Source: Thermodesulfobacteriota bacterium (GTDB lineage Bacteria; Desulfobacterota; BSN033; UBA1163). From it: DNA of 64,000 nt. Positions within the stretch are counted from its first letter, which is position 1. Every line of letters starts with the position of its first letter. The stretch lies in the NCBI GenBank assembly GCA_047519465.1, contig JAPVTA010000075.1, forward strand, positions 2,513 through 66,512, read 5' to 3'. Below the pieces are notes generated by a model. That model was given only the letters and a program-made list of their open reading frames with translations. It made no database searches and had not been told where the DNA came from. Positions 51,637 through 61,672 of the stretch are shown piece after piece. Position numbers and translations under genes: made by a program.

Positions 51637-52515
51637 CTATTTTTCTGTGACACCTTCCATCTTTTCTTTTGAATAGGGCTGGATATAATCCCCTTTCATA
51701 ATGGCATCGAAGGATTCAATCACTTTCGCAGTGAAGAAGCTGCCGTATTGGTCAATGAGTTGAACATTTCCTATAATGTTATACTTCCTCCCAATCCTTT
51801 TTGCGGTGACGGGATGTCTTATCTCCTCCCCGGGACGAAAGATCGTATATTTATCTCCGATCGAGATAGGTCCTGAGGTTTTGAAGGTCAGATAAATCAC
51901 ATCCCCCCACGCCATAAGGTTCTTGCCCTCCCTGCTTTCTAACACAATCCCGATTCCTCGATATTCAATATCGCTCATAAATCCCGCGGACCGAATTTCG
52001 CCAAAATAGGGGCGTTTTTTCTCCGCCATTGCAGGCTTCTCCTCGGATATCACTCCTTTTTCTTCCGTGGTGGTCCTTTCCTCCTCCGCGATAGGTCCCA
52101 CCTCCGCCGGGGTCTTTTTTTCCTCCGCAACGACCTCCGGCTTCTTCTCTTCCGGAGCCGGCTCCGCCTTTTCAGCCTCCTGCCCTTTCAGTGCCTCTTT
52201 CGGCTTCTCCCCCTGAGCCTTCTCTTCGACAACCTTCTTAGGTTCCTCTTTTTGGGCTGGCTCAACGGCGGTCAGTTGGATCGGGTTCCCCGGATAGATC
52301 CAATGAGGGTTGGTAATATAAGGATTTCTTTCCCACAATTTCGGCCAAAGAAATGGGTCCTTCAGAAACCTGGCTGAGATATCCCAGAGCGTATCTCCCT
52401 TCTTGATGGTGTACACGCCTTCCGTTTCCTTTTTTTCTTGCGTTAATCCCGAAAGGACAAAACAGAAGGAGAGAACCAAAATCGTCACGAAAAAGAACTC
52501 CAGAAATCTTCTCAT
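51637..52515 (-). CDS. LysM peptidoglycan-binding protein
   Basis: [31 protein letters not shown]; E/K/P-rich linker; usual position upstream of dprA. Confidence 0.9.
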   Translation of the reverse strand: MRRFLEFFFVTILVLSFCFVLSGLTQEKKETEGVYTIKKGDTLWDISARFLKDPFLWPKLWERNPYITNPHWIYPGNPIQLTAVEPAQKEEPKKVVEEKAQGEKPKEALKGQEAEKAEPAPEEKKPEVVAEEKKTPAEVGPIAEEERTTTEEKGVISEEKPAMAEKKRPYFGEIRSAGFMSDIEYRGIGIVLESREGKNLMAWGDVIYLTFKTSGPISIGDKYTIFRPGEEIRHPVTAKRIGRKYNIIGNVQLIDQYGSFFTAKVIESFDAIMKGDYIQPYSKEKMEGVTEK

Positions 52516-52817
52516 AAATACCTCCTCCTATTCAAAACTGTTTTTTGTGGGCCTTGTAAGGACAAAAATTAGTTAGAAATTAGTCCCTTATCCTTATTTT
52601 GTCAAGAAAAATATCAAAGCAATATCCATACCAAACCCCACCCTATCTCTTTTACCTATCGAAAAATATAGGAAATTCCTAGAAATGAGAATGAGTATTT
52701 ACCCGTACCGGTAATGGGGGGTGGTTAAATTTTGTTCAAATTTCTTATATTTTTGAACATTTTTAAACCCAGAAAAGAAGTTCCATTGACAGAAGAAGTC
52801 TCGCCGTGGTAATAGAA

Positions 52818-52945
52818 GTGAAGCTCCCCGGCCACAGGCCGGGGCTTCCCGGGAGGGTAGTTTCCTTTCGTATTGTGCCCTTTCCTGCGTGCCGGTAGGC
52901 AGGGACCCCGCCTGAAGCAGGGGTTGCGGAGCACATTCCGGCCAA
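52818..52945 (+). repeat. ~130 nt multi-hairpin repeat (GTGAAGCTCCCC family)
   Basis: Colinear with 63216-63347. Confidence 0.8.
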
Positions 52946-52970
52946 CCTTCCCATTTTTTTCGATCGACAG

Positions 52971-53690
52971 ATGAACCTTCCGCTTTCACCCGATGAAACA
53001 TTAGATACCTTCTTAAACGGGAAACTCCAAGTCCTCCAGAAGAAAAAAGGGTACCGATTCTCCTTGGATGCCATCCTCCTCAGTCAATTCGTTAGAATTC
53101 GCAAGAATGAAAGAGTCATCGATCTGGGTACGGGCTGCGGAATTCTGCTGTTACTCCTATCACAGACCACGAAAACCCACTCTTTTGTCGGCGTTGAGAT
53201 TCAACAGGGATTGGCCGAATGCGCTCAAAGAAATGTGGTCCTAAATCATCTCGCCGACCGGATATCGATTCTTAGCCAGGATTTTAGAGAGATAAAAAGG
53301 ACCTTCCCCCCCGGTTCTTTCGACGTTGTCCTCTCGAACCCGCCGTACAGAAAACACCAGTCCGGCAGAATCAATCCCTCGGCCGAGAAGGCGGTCGCAC
53401 GCCATGAGATCAAAGGGACGCTGCACGACTTGACCTCCACCGCCTCCTACCTGCTCCCCTCCAAGGGAAGGTGCTACTTGATTTTCCCGGCGGTGAGAAC
53501 CGTCGATCTTTTCGTTGCCCTGAGAGCAGGAAAGTTGGAGCCAAAGCGATTGCAGTTCGTTTATCCGCGACCCGAAGCCGAAGCAAAATTCGTCCTCAGC
53601 GAATCGATTAAAACCAGTGGTGTGGAACTAAAGATTATGAACCCCTTCATTCTTAGCGAGTCTCACAACACAGAGAGCCTCGGTCTCTGA
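52971..53690 (+). CDS. tRNA1(Val) (adenine37-N6)-methyltransferase-like protein (TrmN6/YfiC)
   Basis: Q.KKGYRFSLDA.LL, DLGTGCG, SNPPY, ARHE. Confidence 0.88.
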   Translation: MNLPLSPDETLDTFLNGKLQVLQKKKGYRFSLDAILLSQFVRIRKNERVIDLGTGCGILLLLLSQTTKTHSFVGVEIQQGLAECAQRNVVLNHLADRISILSQDFREIKRTFPPGSFDVVLSNPPYRKHQSGRINPSAEKAVARHEIKGTLHDLTSTASYLLPSKGRCYLIFPAVRTVDLFVALRAGKLEPKRLQFVYPRPEAEAKFVLSESIKTSGVELKIMNPFILSESHNTESLGL

Positions 53691-53745
53691 CCGGGAGGAT
53701 AAAACATTTTGACAATGTCCTCTGGATAGGATAATAATTTTCAGT

Positions 53746-54768
53746 ATGAGCGGATTGACTACGGCACCTCCCCTTTTTGAAGGGAAGATATCTCCTTTGG
53801 AGGAAGCATCCCTCGATTGGATGGATGAGGACTTAAAAAAAGTGGATCAAGAGTTTCAAAAGAACTTAAGGTCCGATGTCTCAATGATCTCTGCTATCGG
53901 AGAACATCTCCTTCAGAGCGGTGGTAAACGGTTTCGAGCAAAGCTTTTATTGCTTTCAGCAAGGTTGTCCGGGTATTCTGGAGAAAATCATATCTCTATG
54001 GCAAGCCTGATCGAGTTTATTCACACTGCGACCCTGCTCCACGACGATGTCGTGGACAACGCCAGGTTGCGGCGGGGGGTTGAATCCGCCAACGCCAAAT
54101 GGGGTAATGAGGCATGTGTCCTCGTCGGCGATTTCCTTTTCACGAAGTGTTTCACGCGGATGGTGGAATGCGGCAACTGGAAGATTCTTCATACCATTTC
54201 CAGGGCGACAACCATTATCGCCGAAGGAGAGCTGGAGGAATTGATCAGAACCAAAGACCTTTCCCTGACCGAGGAGAGCTATCTCTCGATCATCGCCCGC
54301 AAAACCGCCCATCTCATTTCAGCGGCCACACAAATCGGTGCTATCCTTGGAAATGTGCCGGAGGAAAAAGAGATGGCCTTAGCTAAGTTTGGGATGGATG
54401 TGGGGATTGCCTTTCAATTGATTGATGACAATCTCGATTATACTTCCAACGAAGAGGAATTCGGGAAGAAGATCGGGATTGATCTCCACGACGGTAAGAT
54501 CACCCTTCCGCTGATTTTCACTCTTCATCATTGCAATCAAGAGGAAAAAGCTCTTATTCAGCAGACGGTCGCGCTCAATCCCATTACCAAAGACGCCTTT
54601 TTCCGCGTGGTGGAGATTATCAAACGATATGGGGGGATTCAATATACCCGGGAAAAAGCGAAAGGCTATGTCGAAAGGGCGAAGAAATATCTCAGTGTTT
54701 TTCCCGATTCGAAGGAGAAGGAAACCCTTTGTACCCTGGCCGACTATGTATTGGAAAGGAAGCTATAA
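53746..54768 (+). CDS. ispB: Polyprenyl (octaprenyl) diphosphate synthase
   Basis: GGKR.R, LLHDDVVD..RRG, AFQLIDD.LD, GK.TLP. Confidence 0.9.
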   Translation: MSGLTTAPPLFEGKISPLEEASLDWMDEDLKKVDQEFQKNLRSDVSMISAIGEHLLQSGGKRFRAKLLLLSARLSGYSGENHISMASLIEFIHTATLLHDDVVDNARLRRGVESANAKWGNEACVLVGDFLFTKCFTRMVECGNWKILHTISRATTIIAEGELEELIRTKDLSLTEESYLSIIARKTAHLISAATQIGAILGNVPEEKEMALAKFGMDVGIAFQLIDDNLDYTSNEEEFGKKIGIDLHDGKITLPLIFTLHHCNQEEKALIQQTVALNPITKDAFFRVVEIIKRYGGIQYTREKAKGYVERAKKYLSVFPDSKEKETLCTLADYVLERKL

Positions 54769-54868
54769 GCGGTTTCCTTCGGATGGCGACATGACACCTC
54801 ACATGGGGCATGGCGGAATGGATCATGAATAGGTTATAATGGCAAAAATTGAACCTAAGGAGTTGAAA

Positions 54869-55201
54869 ATGGCAGATGAGTCGAGTCTGGTTCACGTCGA
54901 TGATAAGAGTTTTGCCTCGGAGGTGCTCAATTCAGACCTTCCGGTACTGGTCGATTTTTGGGCCACCTGGTGTGGCCCCTGTCGTAGCATCAGTCCCATC
55001 GTTGAGGAGTTAGCGAAAGAGTTTATTGGCAAGGTCAAGGTAACCAAGCTCAACGTGGACGAGAGTCCCGCTACACCCAGTCAGTATGGCGTAAGGGGAA
55101 TTCCCACCCTCATTCTTTTCAAGAGCGGAAAGATTCTTGATCAAATTGTCGGGGCCGTACCGAAGGCCCGCTTAAAGTCTATGATCGAAAAAGCCCTATA
55201 A
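54869..55201 (+). CDS. trxA: Thioredoxin
   Basis: DFWATWCGPC, IPTL; AAGGAG RBS. Confidence 0.95.
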   Translation: MADESSLVHVDDKSFASEVLNSDLPVLVDFWATWCGPCRSISPIVEELAKEFIGKVKVTKLNVDESPATPSQYGVRGIPTLILFKSGKILDQIVGAVPKARLKSMIEKAL

Positions 55202-55326
55202 GACCACGCTGAACGTGAAGCTACCAGCAGGCACTGTAAGGGGACGGGCACTTTAAGTGAGACCGGTTCAGGGTCTTCGATTTCAGAATTCCTCTTAGAA
55301 ATTTGGCATTAATTTGGCAGTCGGAC

Positions 55327-55851
55327 GTGAAATCATTATTTCTTATAAAGATCTTCATATTAGGTCTTTGTACTGCAGGAATCTTTCTTCTTTCCTATTG
55401 TTCCAAAGAGAAAACACAACCCTCCCCAGTTTCAGCACCGGATTTCACCCTCCAGACCCTCGACGGAAGGGAGCTCACTCTTTCCCGGCTCAAAGGGAAG
55501 GTGGTTCTTCTAGACTTCTGGGCGACCTGGTGTGGACCCTGTCGGGAATCCATTCCCCATTTAATTCAACTCTATAAAAGTTATCGACACAGCGGATTTG
55601 AGGTAGTCGGAATGAACGTGGATCGAGGCGACATAGAAGCTGTTCGCCGTTTTATCAAGGCCATGGATATCCCCTACCCCGTTGTGGCTGCCCCGGAAGA
55701 TGTGGCAAGGAATTACCGAGTGACGGGGATCCCGGTTACTTTTCTTATTGATAAGGAAGGTAGGATTCGAGAAAGGATCGCCGGGTTTAACAGTACCATT
55801 GCCCGACAGTTAACCACGGAAGTAGCAAGCCTCACCTCCGAAAAACCCTAA
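55327..55851 (+). CDS. TlpA/ResA-like disulfide reductase
   Basis: APDFTL, GKVVLLDFWATWCGPC, IPVTFLID.EG.I; start codon uncertain. Confidence 0.88.
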   Translation: MKSLFLIKIFILGLCTAGIFLLSYCSKEKTQPSPVSAPDFTLQTLDGRELTLSRLKGKVVLLDFWATWCGPCRESIPHLIQLYKSYRHSGFEVVGMNVDRGDIEAVRRFIKAMDIPYPVVAAPEDVARNYRVTGIPVTFLIDKEGRIRERIAGFNSTIARQLTTEVASLTSEKP

Positions 55852-55937
55852 GCCTCGTCTCTGTCGAGGAAATTCGAAGCCCGGAACCCTAAATACGAAG
55901 CAATCTGAGCTCTTGCGGGTTCTTCGCGGTCGCCCCG

Positions 55938-55992
55938 CAACCCTCTTCATCCCCCCCCTTAATTTAAGGAGGGAATTGGAGAGGGGGGTTCC
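55938..55992. repeat. REP-like palindrome, related to 20367-20418
   Basis: AACCCTCTTCATCCCCCCCTTAA-T-TTAAGGAGGGAATTGGAGAGGGGGGTT. Confidence 0.55.
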
Positions 55993-56002
55993 TTTACGAA
56001 GG

Positions 56003-56222
56003 GAAGGTGTGAAAAAATCGTTCCCAAAGTGCAAAAGGTCGGCAGGGATATTGGAAAAGTTTTACAGCGGTACCTCTTTACGCTAACCACTGACGATGAA
56101 AAACCTTACCGCATGTTGAATACTCACAGACTCTTGTTAGCTTCACCCTCTCAAATGAATGCATTTGTAAAACTTTGGAGATATCCTTGCCCGGCCTCGT
56201 TCTCGAATTTTTTCACGGCTTC
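56003..56222. mobile_element. MITE-like long imperfect inverted repeat, or structured ncRNA
   Basis: Ends GAAGGTGTGAAAAAATCG and CGAATTTTTTCACGGCTTC; inner stem GGCAGGGATAT..AAAGTTTACA pairs with TGTAAAACTTT..ATATCCTTGCC. Confidence 0.5.
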
Positions 56223-56239
56223 GGGGGGATGGGGGATGA

Positions 56240-57253
56240 TTAATTCCAAACTCCATCAATCTTTGTAAGGCAGTGACGGCATGCCCCATTCACCACATCA
56301 TTCCGGGTCACCCGAAACCCTATCCGCTCCACCAGCTTTCGACCGCAGCGAGGGCAGAAAGTATCTTCCCCTTCCTCCCCGGGAACGTTCCCACAATAGA
56401 CATACCGGAGTCCCGCTTTGATTCCAATCTCCCTCGCTCGATGAAGCGCCGTAGTGGTCGTCCTGGGAAGGTTGAGCATCTTATAGGTCGGATAGAAGGC
56501 CGAGACATGCCAGGGCACCTCCTGTCCCAAAGAGAGAATGAATCGGGCCATCTCCTCAAACTCCTGATCTGAATCATTCAGAGTGGGAATAACGAGGGTC
56601 GTGATTTCCATCCAGATTCCCATCTGTCTCATCAGTCTCAGATTCTCCAGAACCGGTTTCAAATTCGCTCCGCAGATTTCTTTATAAAACTCCTCTTTGA
56701 AACTCTTCAAATCGACATTGGCTGCATCCAAATAGGGTCGTATCGTCTTGAGAGCTTCTTCGGTCATGTAACCGTTGGTAACAAAAATATTCTTGATTCC
56801 CTCCTGACGGGCTCTTTGAGCGACGTCGTAAGCATATTCGAAATAGATGGTCGGTTCCGTATAAGTGTAGGAGATGGATCGGCATTGGTACTGCTTTGTT
56901 AACGAAACAATTTTGGAGGGGGAGACCTCCGAACCTTCAATCCGGCCTTTCTGATCTCTGGGCATCTGGGAGATCTCATGATTCTGACACTGGAGGCATC
57001 GGAAATTGCATCCCACGGCGGCTATGGAGAAAGAGCTCGACCCTGGAAAGAAATGAAAGAGCGGCTTCTTTTCAATCGGGTCCACATTGAGAGAGATGGC
57101 ACGACCGTAGACGAGGGTGTAAAGCTTGCCTTCCCGGTTCTCACGCACTCCACAGACTCCCCTTCTTGAAGGTGAGATGACGCATCGATGGTTGCAGAGG
57201 TAACACTGTATCTTCCCACCCTCTAACGGACTGTATAGCATGGCTTCCTTCAT
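56240..57253 (-). CDS. amrS: AmmeMemoRadiSam system radical SAM enzyme
   Basis: C.LC.H.C, G.CGVR.N, DPIEKKPLFHF.PG, CNFRCLQCQNHEISQ, YTYTEP, T.CP.CG. Confidence 0.92.
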   Translation of the reverse strand: MKEAMLYSPLEGGKIQCYLCNHRCVISPSRRGVCGVRENREGKLYTLVYGRAISLNVDPIEKKPLFHFFPGSSSFSIAAVGCNFRCLQCQNHEISQMPRDQKGRIEGSEVSPSKIVSLTKQYQCRSISYTYTEPTIYFEYAYDVAQRARQEGIKNIFVTNGYMTEEALKTIRPYLDAANVDLKSFKEEFYKEICGANLKPVLENLRLMRQMGIWMEITTLVIPTLNDSDQEFEEMARFILSLGQEVPWHVSAFYPTYKMLNLPRTTTTALHRAREIGIKAGLRYVYCGNVPGEEGEDTFCPRCGRKLVERIGFRVTRNDVVNGACRHCLTKIDGVWN

Positions 57254-57381
57254 GTCCTCTTTCCTGTTCCCGTACAGGCCCCATCTTGATGACGGGCACG
57301 CGCCCTTAACCCCTCTCACTGAGGTAAAAGGGGAGGATGTCAATATATGAAATGTATCTGCATTCGTATATGAAAGGGTAT

Positions 57382-58560
57382 TTAGAGATCGAAATGAGGA
57401 AGTTGCTCAAGAACATATCCTCGTATGCCTTGCGGCCTGGGGAGGTTCCAAAGAATCTTTCTGTTTTGGACAAACGGAATGAGAAGCTGTTTAAATCGAC
57501 CGCCACATGAACATCGATCCGCACCCGGGGTAGATCGTCTTCGGCTCACTTTGAACGGGACCATTTTGTCTTGGAAACATTTTGAGCACCGAAGAACACT
57601 TTTTGACCCCGACATTTTTCCCCTCTTCGCCAGAGGCTTTCCATCGATCTCGACGATGTCCATGGCAAAATCGATCACCCGGGCGTTGGTGATCGAAGTT
57701 CCCACCCCGTAGGCATCCACCACAGGATTGAGAGCAAGGATTCGTCTCTCATCCAACCCACCGCTGACATAGATTTGAATGTGTCCGAATCCCCTCAAAT
57801 TGAGTTCCCAGCGAATCTCCTCCATGATCTTCTGAAAATCTCCCCTCCTGGAGCTGGGCGTGTCAAGCCGAACCCCGAAAAGTTTCTTCCCGAGCGCCTC
57901 CGCCACTCTGATCGCTTCTATCTTTTCATCATTAAAGGTATCGATGAGGGAAACCCGTCTCACTTTCGGGTGGATGACTTCGTCAAAAGCCCTGGTGGCC
58001 TCCACCGTGTCCCCTATGATCAGGATCAAGGCATGGGGCATGGTTCCAGCAGGTTCCTCTCCAATCAACTCGGCATTCTTCACGACCGACACGCCGTCGC
58101 AGCCCCCTATGAAGGCATTTCTCTCTACCATGGGGGCCACCACCGGGTGGATCCGTCTCGCACCAAAGCTGATCACCTTGCGGGTCCCCGCAGCTTTCTT
58201 GCAGCGAGCAGCTTTTGTGGCCACGCCCGAGGCCTGGCAGATTAACCCCAAAAGTGAGGTTTCATACAGGCCAAAATCTGTGTACATCCCTTCAATCTCC
58301 ATGACGGGCTCAAAGGCCCGAAAGATCGTCCCCTCCTTCATCGCCCTGACACTGACCTTCAGATCTTTCAAAAGGGAAGCCGCTTCTTCCAGCCCAGCGA
58401 ATACTCCCCATCCGTATTCTTCAGGAAACCGTTTAGCAATGAATTCGGCTTTCACCCATTTGTCAATCTTCTTTGCCTTGAGAACCTCCATCGTTCTCAC
58501 AAAGTAGATATCCGTCAATCTCCCTTCCTTTATTTCCTTTGGGTCTGCGATATGAAACAT
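57382..58560 (-). CDS. pncB: Nicotinate phosphoribosyltransferase (type with C-terminal Zn ribbon)
   Basis: TD.YF, FGARR.HP, GTMPHA, DTF.DE, RLDTP.SRRG, SGG, GVGT, AKRGK.SG.K. Confidence 0.9.
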   Translation of the reverse strand: MFHIADPKEIKEGRLTDIYFVRTMEVLKAKKIDKWVKAEFIAKRFPEEYGWGVFAGLEEAASLLKDLKVSVRAMKEGTIFRAFEPVMEIEGMYTDFGLYETSLLGLICQASGVATKAARCKKAAGTRKVISFGARRIHPVVAPMVERNAFIGGCDGVSVVKNAELIGEEPAGTMPHALILIIGDTVEATRAFDEVIHPKVRRVSLIDTFNDEKIEAIRVAEALGKKLFGVRLDTPSSRRGDFQKIMEEIRWELNLRGFGHIQIYVSGGLDERRILALNPVVDAYGVGTSITNARVIDFAMDIVEIDGKPLAKRGKMSGSKSVLRCSKCFQDKMVPFKVSRRRSTPGADRCSCGGRFKQLLIPFVQNRKILWNLPRPQGIRGYVLEQLPHFDL

Positions 58561-58696
58561 GCGCCTTTCTCCGAAATGGAATAAAAATTTTCTCTTATAT
58601 AACAAAAATTTATCAACTATGTCTATAAAAATATTTTGAGAATGATTCCTGCAAGATTGAGGAGACAGGGGGATCGGTGTTTGAAAATCTGACGCC

Positions 58697-59596
58697 TTAC
58701 AGTTGTTCTATGAGATATCCTTTTCCCCCGAGGAGTCCGATGATCCCTCGGCTGCCCACAAGATGGCCTGCCCCGACAATAACAAAATAGGTCTCCTTTG
58801 TCCGCAAGAAATCTTCTATTCTTGATGCCATCTGTCTATTTCTTTCGTAAATCAGCTTTTCAAAAATCCCGGACAGCCTCTTATCTTCCGAGACGCTCCT
58901 TGTCAGAATGGATTCCATTCGTTGTGTATCTCCCGAGATCCAAGCCTGAATCAGTGGGTTCACCTCTTGTTCCATGACATGCAAATCTTTTAGCGTATAG
59001 ATCAGAAAAAGCTCTTGGTCTTTATCGGAAAAGCCCGAAAGGAGGCTGATTTGATATTCGAGGCTCTCGAGTTCCATGATTTTTTTCTTCCCTTGGGCTT
59101 CTGAAAGAAAATACTTATCGATCCCGAGGTTTGGGTCTAACCCCAGTTTCATACTCTCCAATGCCACCAGGGTCATGGCGAGAAACCATGGTTTTTGTTT
59201 ATTCAAGAGCTCAACGGGGATACCAAGCCCATCTGTCTCTCTCCTGACCCATTGGAAGGTCTCCGGCGAAACGTGTTTTTCCAAGGTATCATCCGCCCGA
59301 TAAAAAGCGCTCTCCATTATCTTCTGAGCATCGATCTTTTGGATATCATTGACATTCGCCTCGACCACCAAAGCGTCAGATTGAACAAAGGCATGTTCGA
59401 TTTTCTGATGAAGCGGGTAGACCTCTTTTTTAGCAAAATGGATTGAGCCTAACACATAGACCGTGCTCGTTTTGGATTGAATTTTCCACAAGAAACTCTT
59501 CTGAGATTGAGAAAGAGTATTCCCAACAAAAATGACGAGAGTGACAAGAACAACGACGGAAAGTATTCGTGATAATTTCAGCCTTTTCTTCTCCAT
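58697..59596 (-). CDS. TraB/GumN family protein
   Basis: Signal peptide; YVLGSIH, GID.YF, LES..Q, RN..M, VGAGHL.G. Confidence 0.9.
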   Translation of the reverse strand: MEKKRLKLSRILSVVVLVTLVIFVGNTLSQSQKSFLWKIQSKTSTVYVLGSIHFAKKEVYPLHQKIEHAFVQSDALVVEANVNDIQKIDAQKIMESAFYRADDTLEKHVSPETFQWVRRETDGLGIPVELLNKQKPWFLAMTLVALESMKLGLDPNLGIDKYFLSEAQGKKKIMELESLEYQISLLSGFSDKDQELFLIYTLKDLHVMEQEVNPLIQAWISGDTQRMESILTRSVSEDKRLSGIFEKLIYERNRQMASRIEDFLRTKETYFVIVGAGHLVGSRGIIGLLGGKGYLIEQL

Positions 59597-59786
59597 GTGA
59601 CCCCTCCTTTATTCTGTGGCGGTCTCTCCGAACTTATTTTCCTTCACATCGGCCTCAGTTGCTCCGATGGGTCTACCAATAATGGTCGCCTTTACCTCCA
59701 TTTTTCTTTCCAAAAGGTCCGACCGCCCTTTCAATCGAACTGGTTAATTCTATTCCATTTTTGACGTTATCACAATGAAGAATTTT

Positions 59787-59802
59787 TGGCATTTTAATTG
59801 CA
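59787..59802 (+). promoter_or_regulatory. Sigma54 promoter
   Basis: TGGCATTTTAATTGCA (GG-N10-GC), about 110 nt upstream of ORF 59912. Confidence 0.65.
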
Positions 59803-59911
59803 GAATTTTACCGTAATTTGCGATCTTCGGTTTTCCACAAACATCGTAAAAATGGGAAAATAGTTCATTTTTCCACAAGTTCCATCGAGTTTTTGGAAGA
59901 TCCAAAGAAAA

Positions 59912-60568
59912 ATGCACGTCAAAATAATTTCAATTTTGTTAACTTTTTGCATATTTGTCGTTGTCAGCCCTTCCGGGGCCGGCGATGTCAAATCCACGGA
60001 AAACAGACGCAGTCAGGAAACGACAATAAAAGTGGATGAAAATAGAATCCCCTTCCAGAAAAGCAACACGCCTGCAAGGCAAGCCGTCGGGTTTTCCAAA
60101 AAACTCAACTCCGGATTGCAGCCTACTCAACCCTATTCCATTACAGACTATGGGGCGATCATGGGCACAGCCATCTTGTGTGTCAACTTCTTAAGAACCA
60201 TGGAGGAAACGAAGAAGCTCCGACTGACAGACGCTTGGCAAAAGGTGATCTATTCTTATGAGTTTTTTCACGACCCCTGGAAGGATAGGGTCTTAAGTTC
60301 CGGGGAGGTCAACCAGACGGATTCTTCGAATTCAAGTTTGAGGCAACCGATTTTCAGGCTGTATCAAGATCCAAATGGGGACAAATCTTCCGAGGAACGG
60401 AAGACCCGATCAACACTTAGACTTCTACAATTGAAGAGGGAGGAAATATTCAACGAAATATTCATGGGGTTCCGTTTTTCTTTTGGCTCGGAAAGCAAGC
60501 CTATGCTCATAGAGATGAATATATCCCCTTTTCTTGAGAAAGGGCCGGGGTTCGTTATCGCCTTTTGA
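59912..60568 (+). CDS. Hypothetical exported protein
   Basis: Signal-peptide-like N-terminus; ends GPGFVIAF. Confidence 0.6.
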   Translation: MHVKIISILLTFCIFVVVSPSGAGDVKSTENRRSQETTIKVDENRIPFQKSNTPARQAVGFSKKLNSGLQPTQPYSITDYGAIMGTAILCVNFLRTMEETKKLRLTDAWQKVIYSYEFFHDPWKDRVLSSGEVNQTDSSNSSLRQPIFRLYQDPNGDKSSEERKTRSTLRLLQLKREEIFNEIFMGFRFSFGSESKPMLIEMNISPFLEKGPGFVIAF

Positions 60569-60588
60569 AAAATGTTGCGGGGTGAATT

Positions 60589-60993
60589 ATGGATAAAGAA
60601 TATTTCAATATCCTCATTTTGGGCCACACCACTTTTGGGATTAGACGTCTAAGGATAAGAAAAGAAAGGTTTAAAATCGGCGTTTATCTTTTCGGCTTTC
60701 TCATGCTCTCTATTACGTTCTTCTTTTGCGATTACGTACAGATTAGGAAGAAGACCTTTCTCCTGAATCAACTCCGTCAAGAGGCCGAGGCCCAGCAATC
60801 CCACATTCGACTATTTTCCACAAAAGTTGAAGACCTGGAGAAAAAACTCACCCGATTGAAGGAATTCGACAAGAGGATCCGTACCATCGCCAACCTGGAG
60901 GGAACCGGAAAGACAACCTCCTTCATAGCCATGGGCGGATCTTCGTCTCCTGGCGTTCAAGAGAGGCTTGATGAGGAAGAAGATAGGAAGTGA
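60589..60993 (+). CDS. TM plus coiled-coil protein resembling an M23 peptidase N-terminus without the catalytic domain
   Basis: TM segment, coiled coil, FDKRIRTIANLE...AMGG, then a stop; no HxxxD/HxH motifs. Confidence 0.6.
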   Translation: MDKEYFNILILGHTTFGIRRLRIRKERFKIGVYLFGFLMLSITFFFCDYVQIRKKTFLLNQLRQEAEAQQSHIRLFSTKVEDLEKKLTRLKEFDKRIRTIANLEGTGKTTSFIAMGGSSSPGVQERLDEEEDRK

Positions 60994-61020
60994 TTTCTTG
61001 GCGATCGCCCATCCTGCGAG

Positions 61021-61536
61021 TTACCTGGGAGCAATTCGCTCCTTGACGGGAAGGCCTGTTTCCTTGTTTCGGCCGAAAAGTTCGACATAAAGAACCCTTG
61101 GAAGTCCCGCCCGCGTCTCTTCGGATTTTACGTAGATTTTCTGGAGGATACTCTCTCTGCCATTGATGGAGACCACTGCCTTGAAAGATTCGTTCAATCT
61201 TTCAACGATGATCTCCAAACCTTTAAAAGCGGCCAAAATGACCTTGAACTTGTCCTTATCGACTTTCTCTTGGCGAGCAATTCCGTATGCGTACTTTCTC
61301 TCAATCGAATTAAGCTCCTCACGCCTGCCGTTTTCCAAAACCCAATAAGCATTAACAGGCCTTGAGTCAAAGAGATCGTTGTGCTCCGTCAGCAGGATGT
61401 CATACTGAACAAGGTTCTTGTTCTTACTTCGTTCAATAAAGAAAAGGTGACTGGCTCTGTCTCCTGAAGCGGCAAACATCGTCCCAGGACAAAGGCTCAG
61501 AACTGCCAACAGTAAGGTGATAATAATCGACTTCAT
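61021..61536 (-). CDS. DUF4833-like exported protein
   Basis: LFFIERSKNKN.V.Y, YW, L..IE...AYG, P.V.YVELFG. Confidence 0.75.
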   Translation of the reverse strand: MKSIIITLLLAVLSLCPGTMFAASGDRASHLFFIERSKNKNLVQYDILLTEHNDLFDSRPVNAYWVLENGRREELNSIERKYAYGIARQEKVDKDKFKVILAAFKGLEIIVERLNESFKAVVSINGRESILQKIYVKSEETRAGLPRVLYVELFGRNKETGLPVKERIAPR

Positions 61537-61672
61537 TAAAACCTCCTATTTATACAATTACATTTATTGTAACATCTCTCCGCTTGAAAGCAAATTTTTG
61601 TAAATCATGATTTGCAATCTTCGTGTGGGAAATCAAAGATCCTCCGCCTTTTATGGAAGACATGACCTCTGT

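Noticed and set aside
52020-52260. E/K/P-rich repeats in the LysM gene
   Set aside because: Ordinary low-complexity linker.
55304-55319. Sigma54-like TGGCATTAATTTGGCA before tlpA
   Set aside because: The -12 element is imperfect and the implied start site would fall inside the probable start region.
56082-56142. Integron attC site (GCTAAC...GTTAGC)
   Set aside because: No clear L boxes, no cassette array and no integron integrase nearby.
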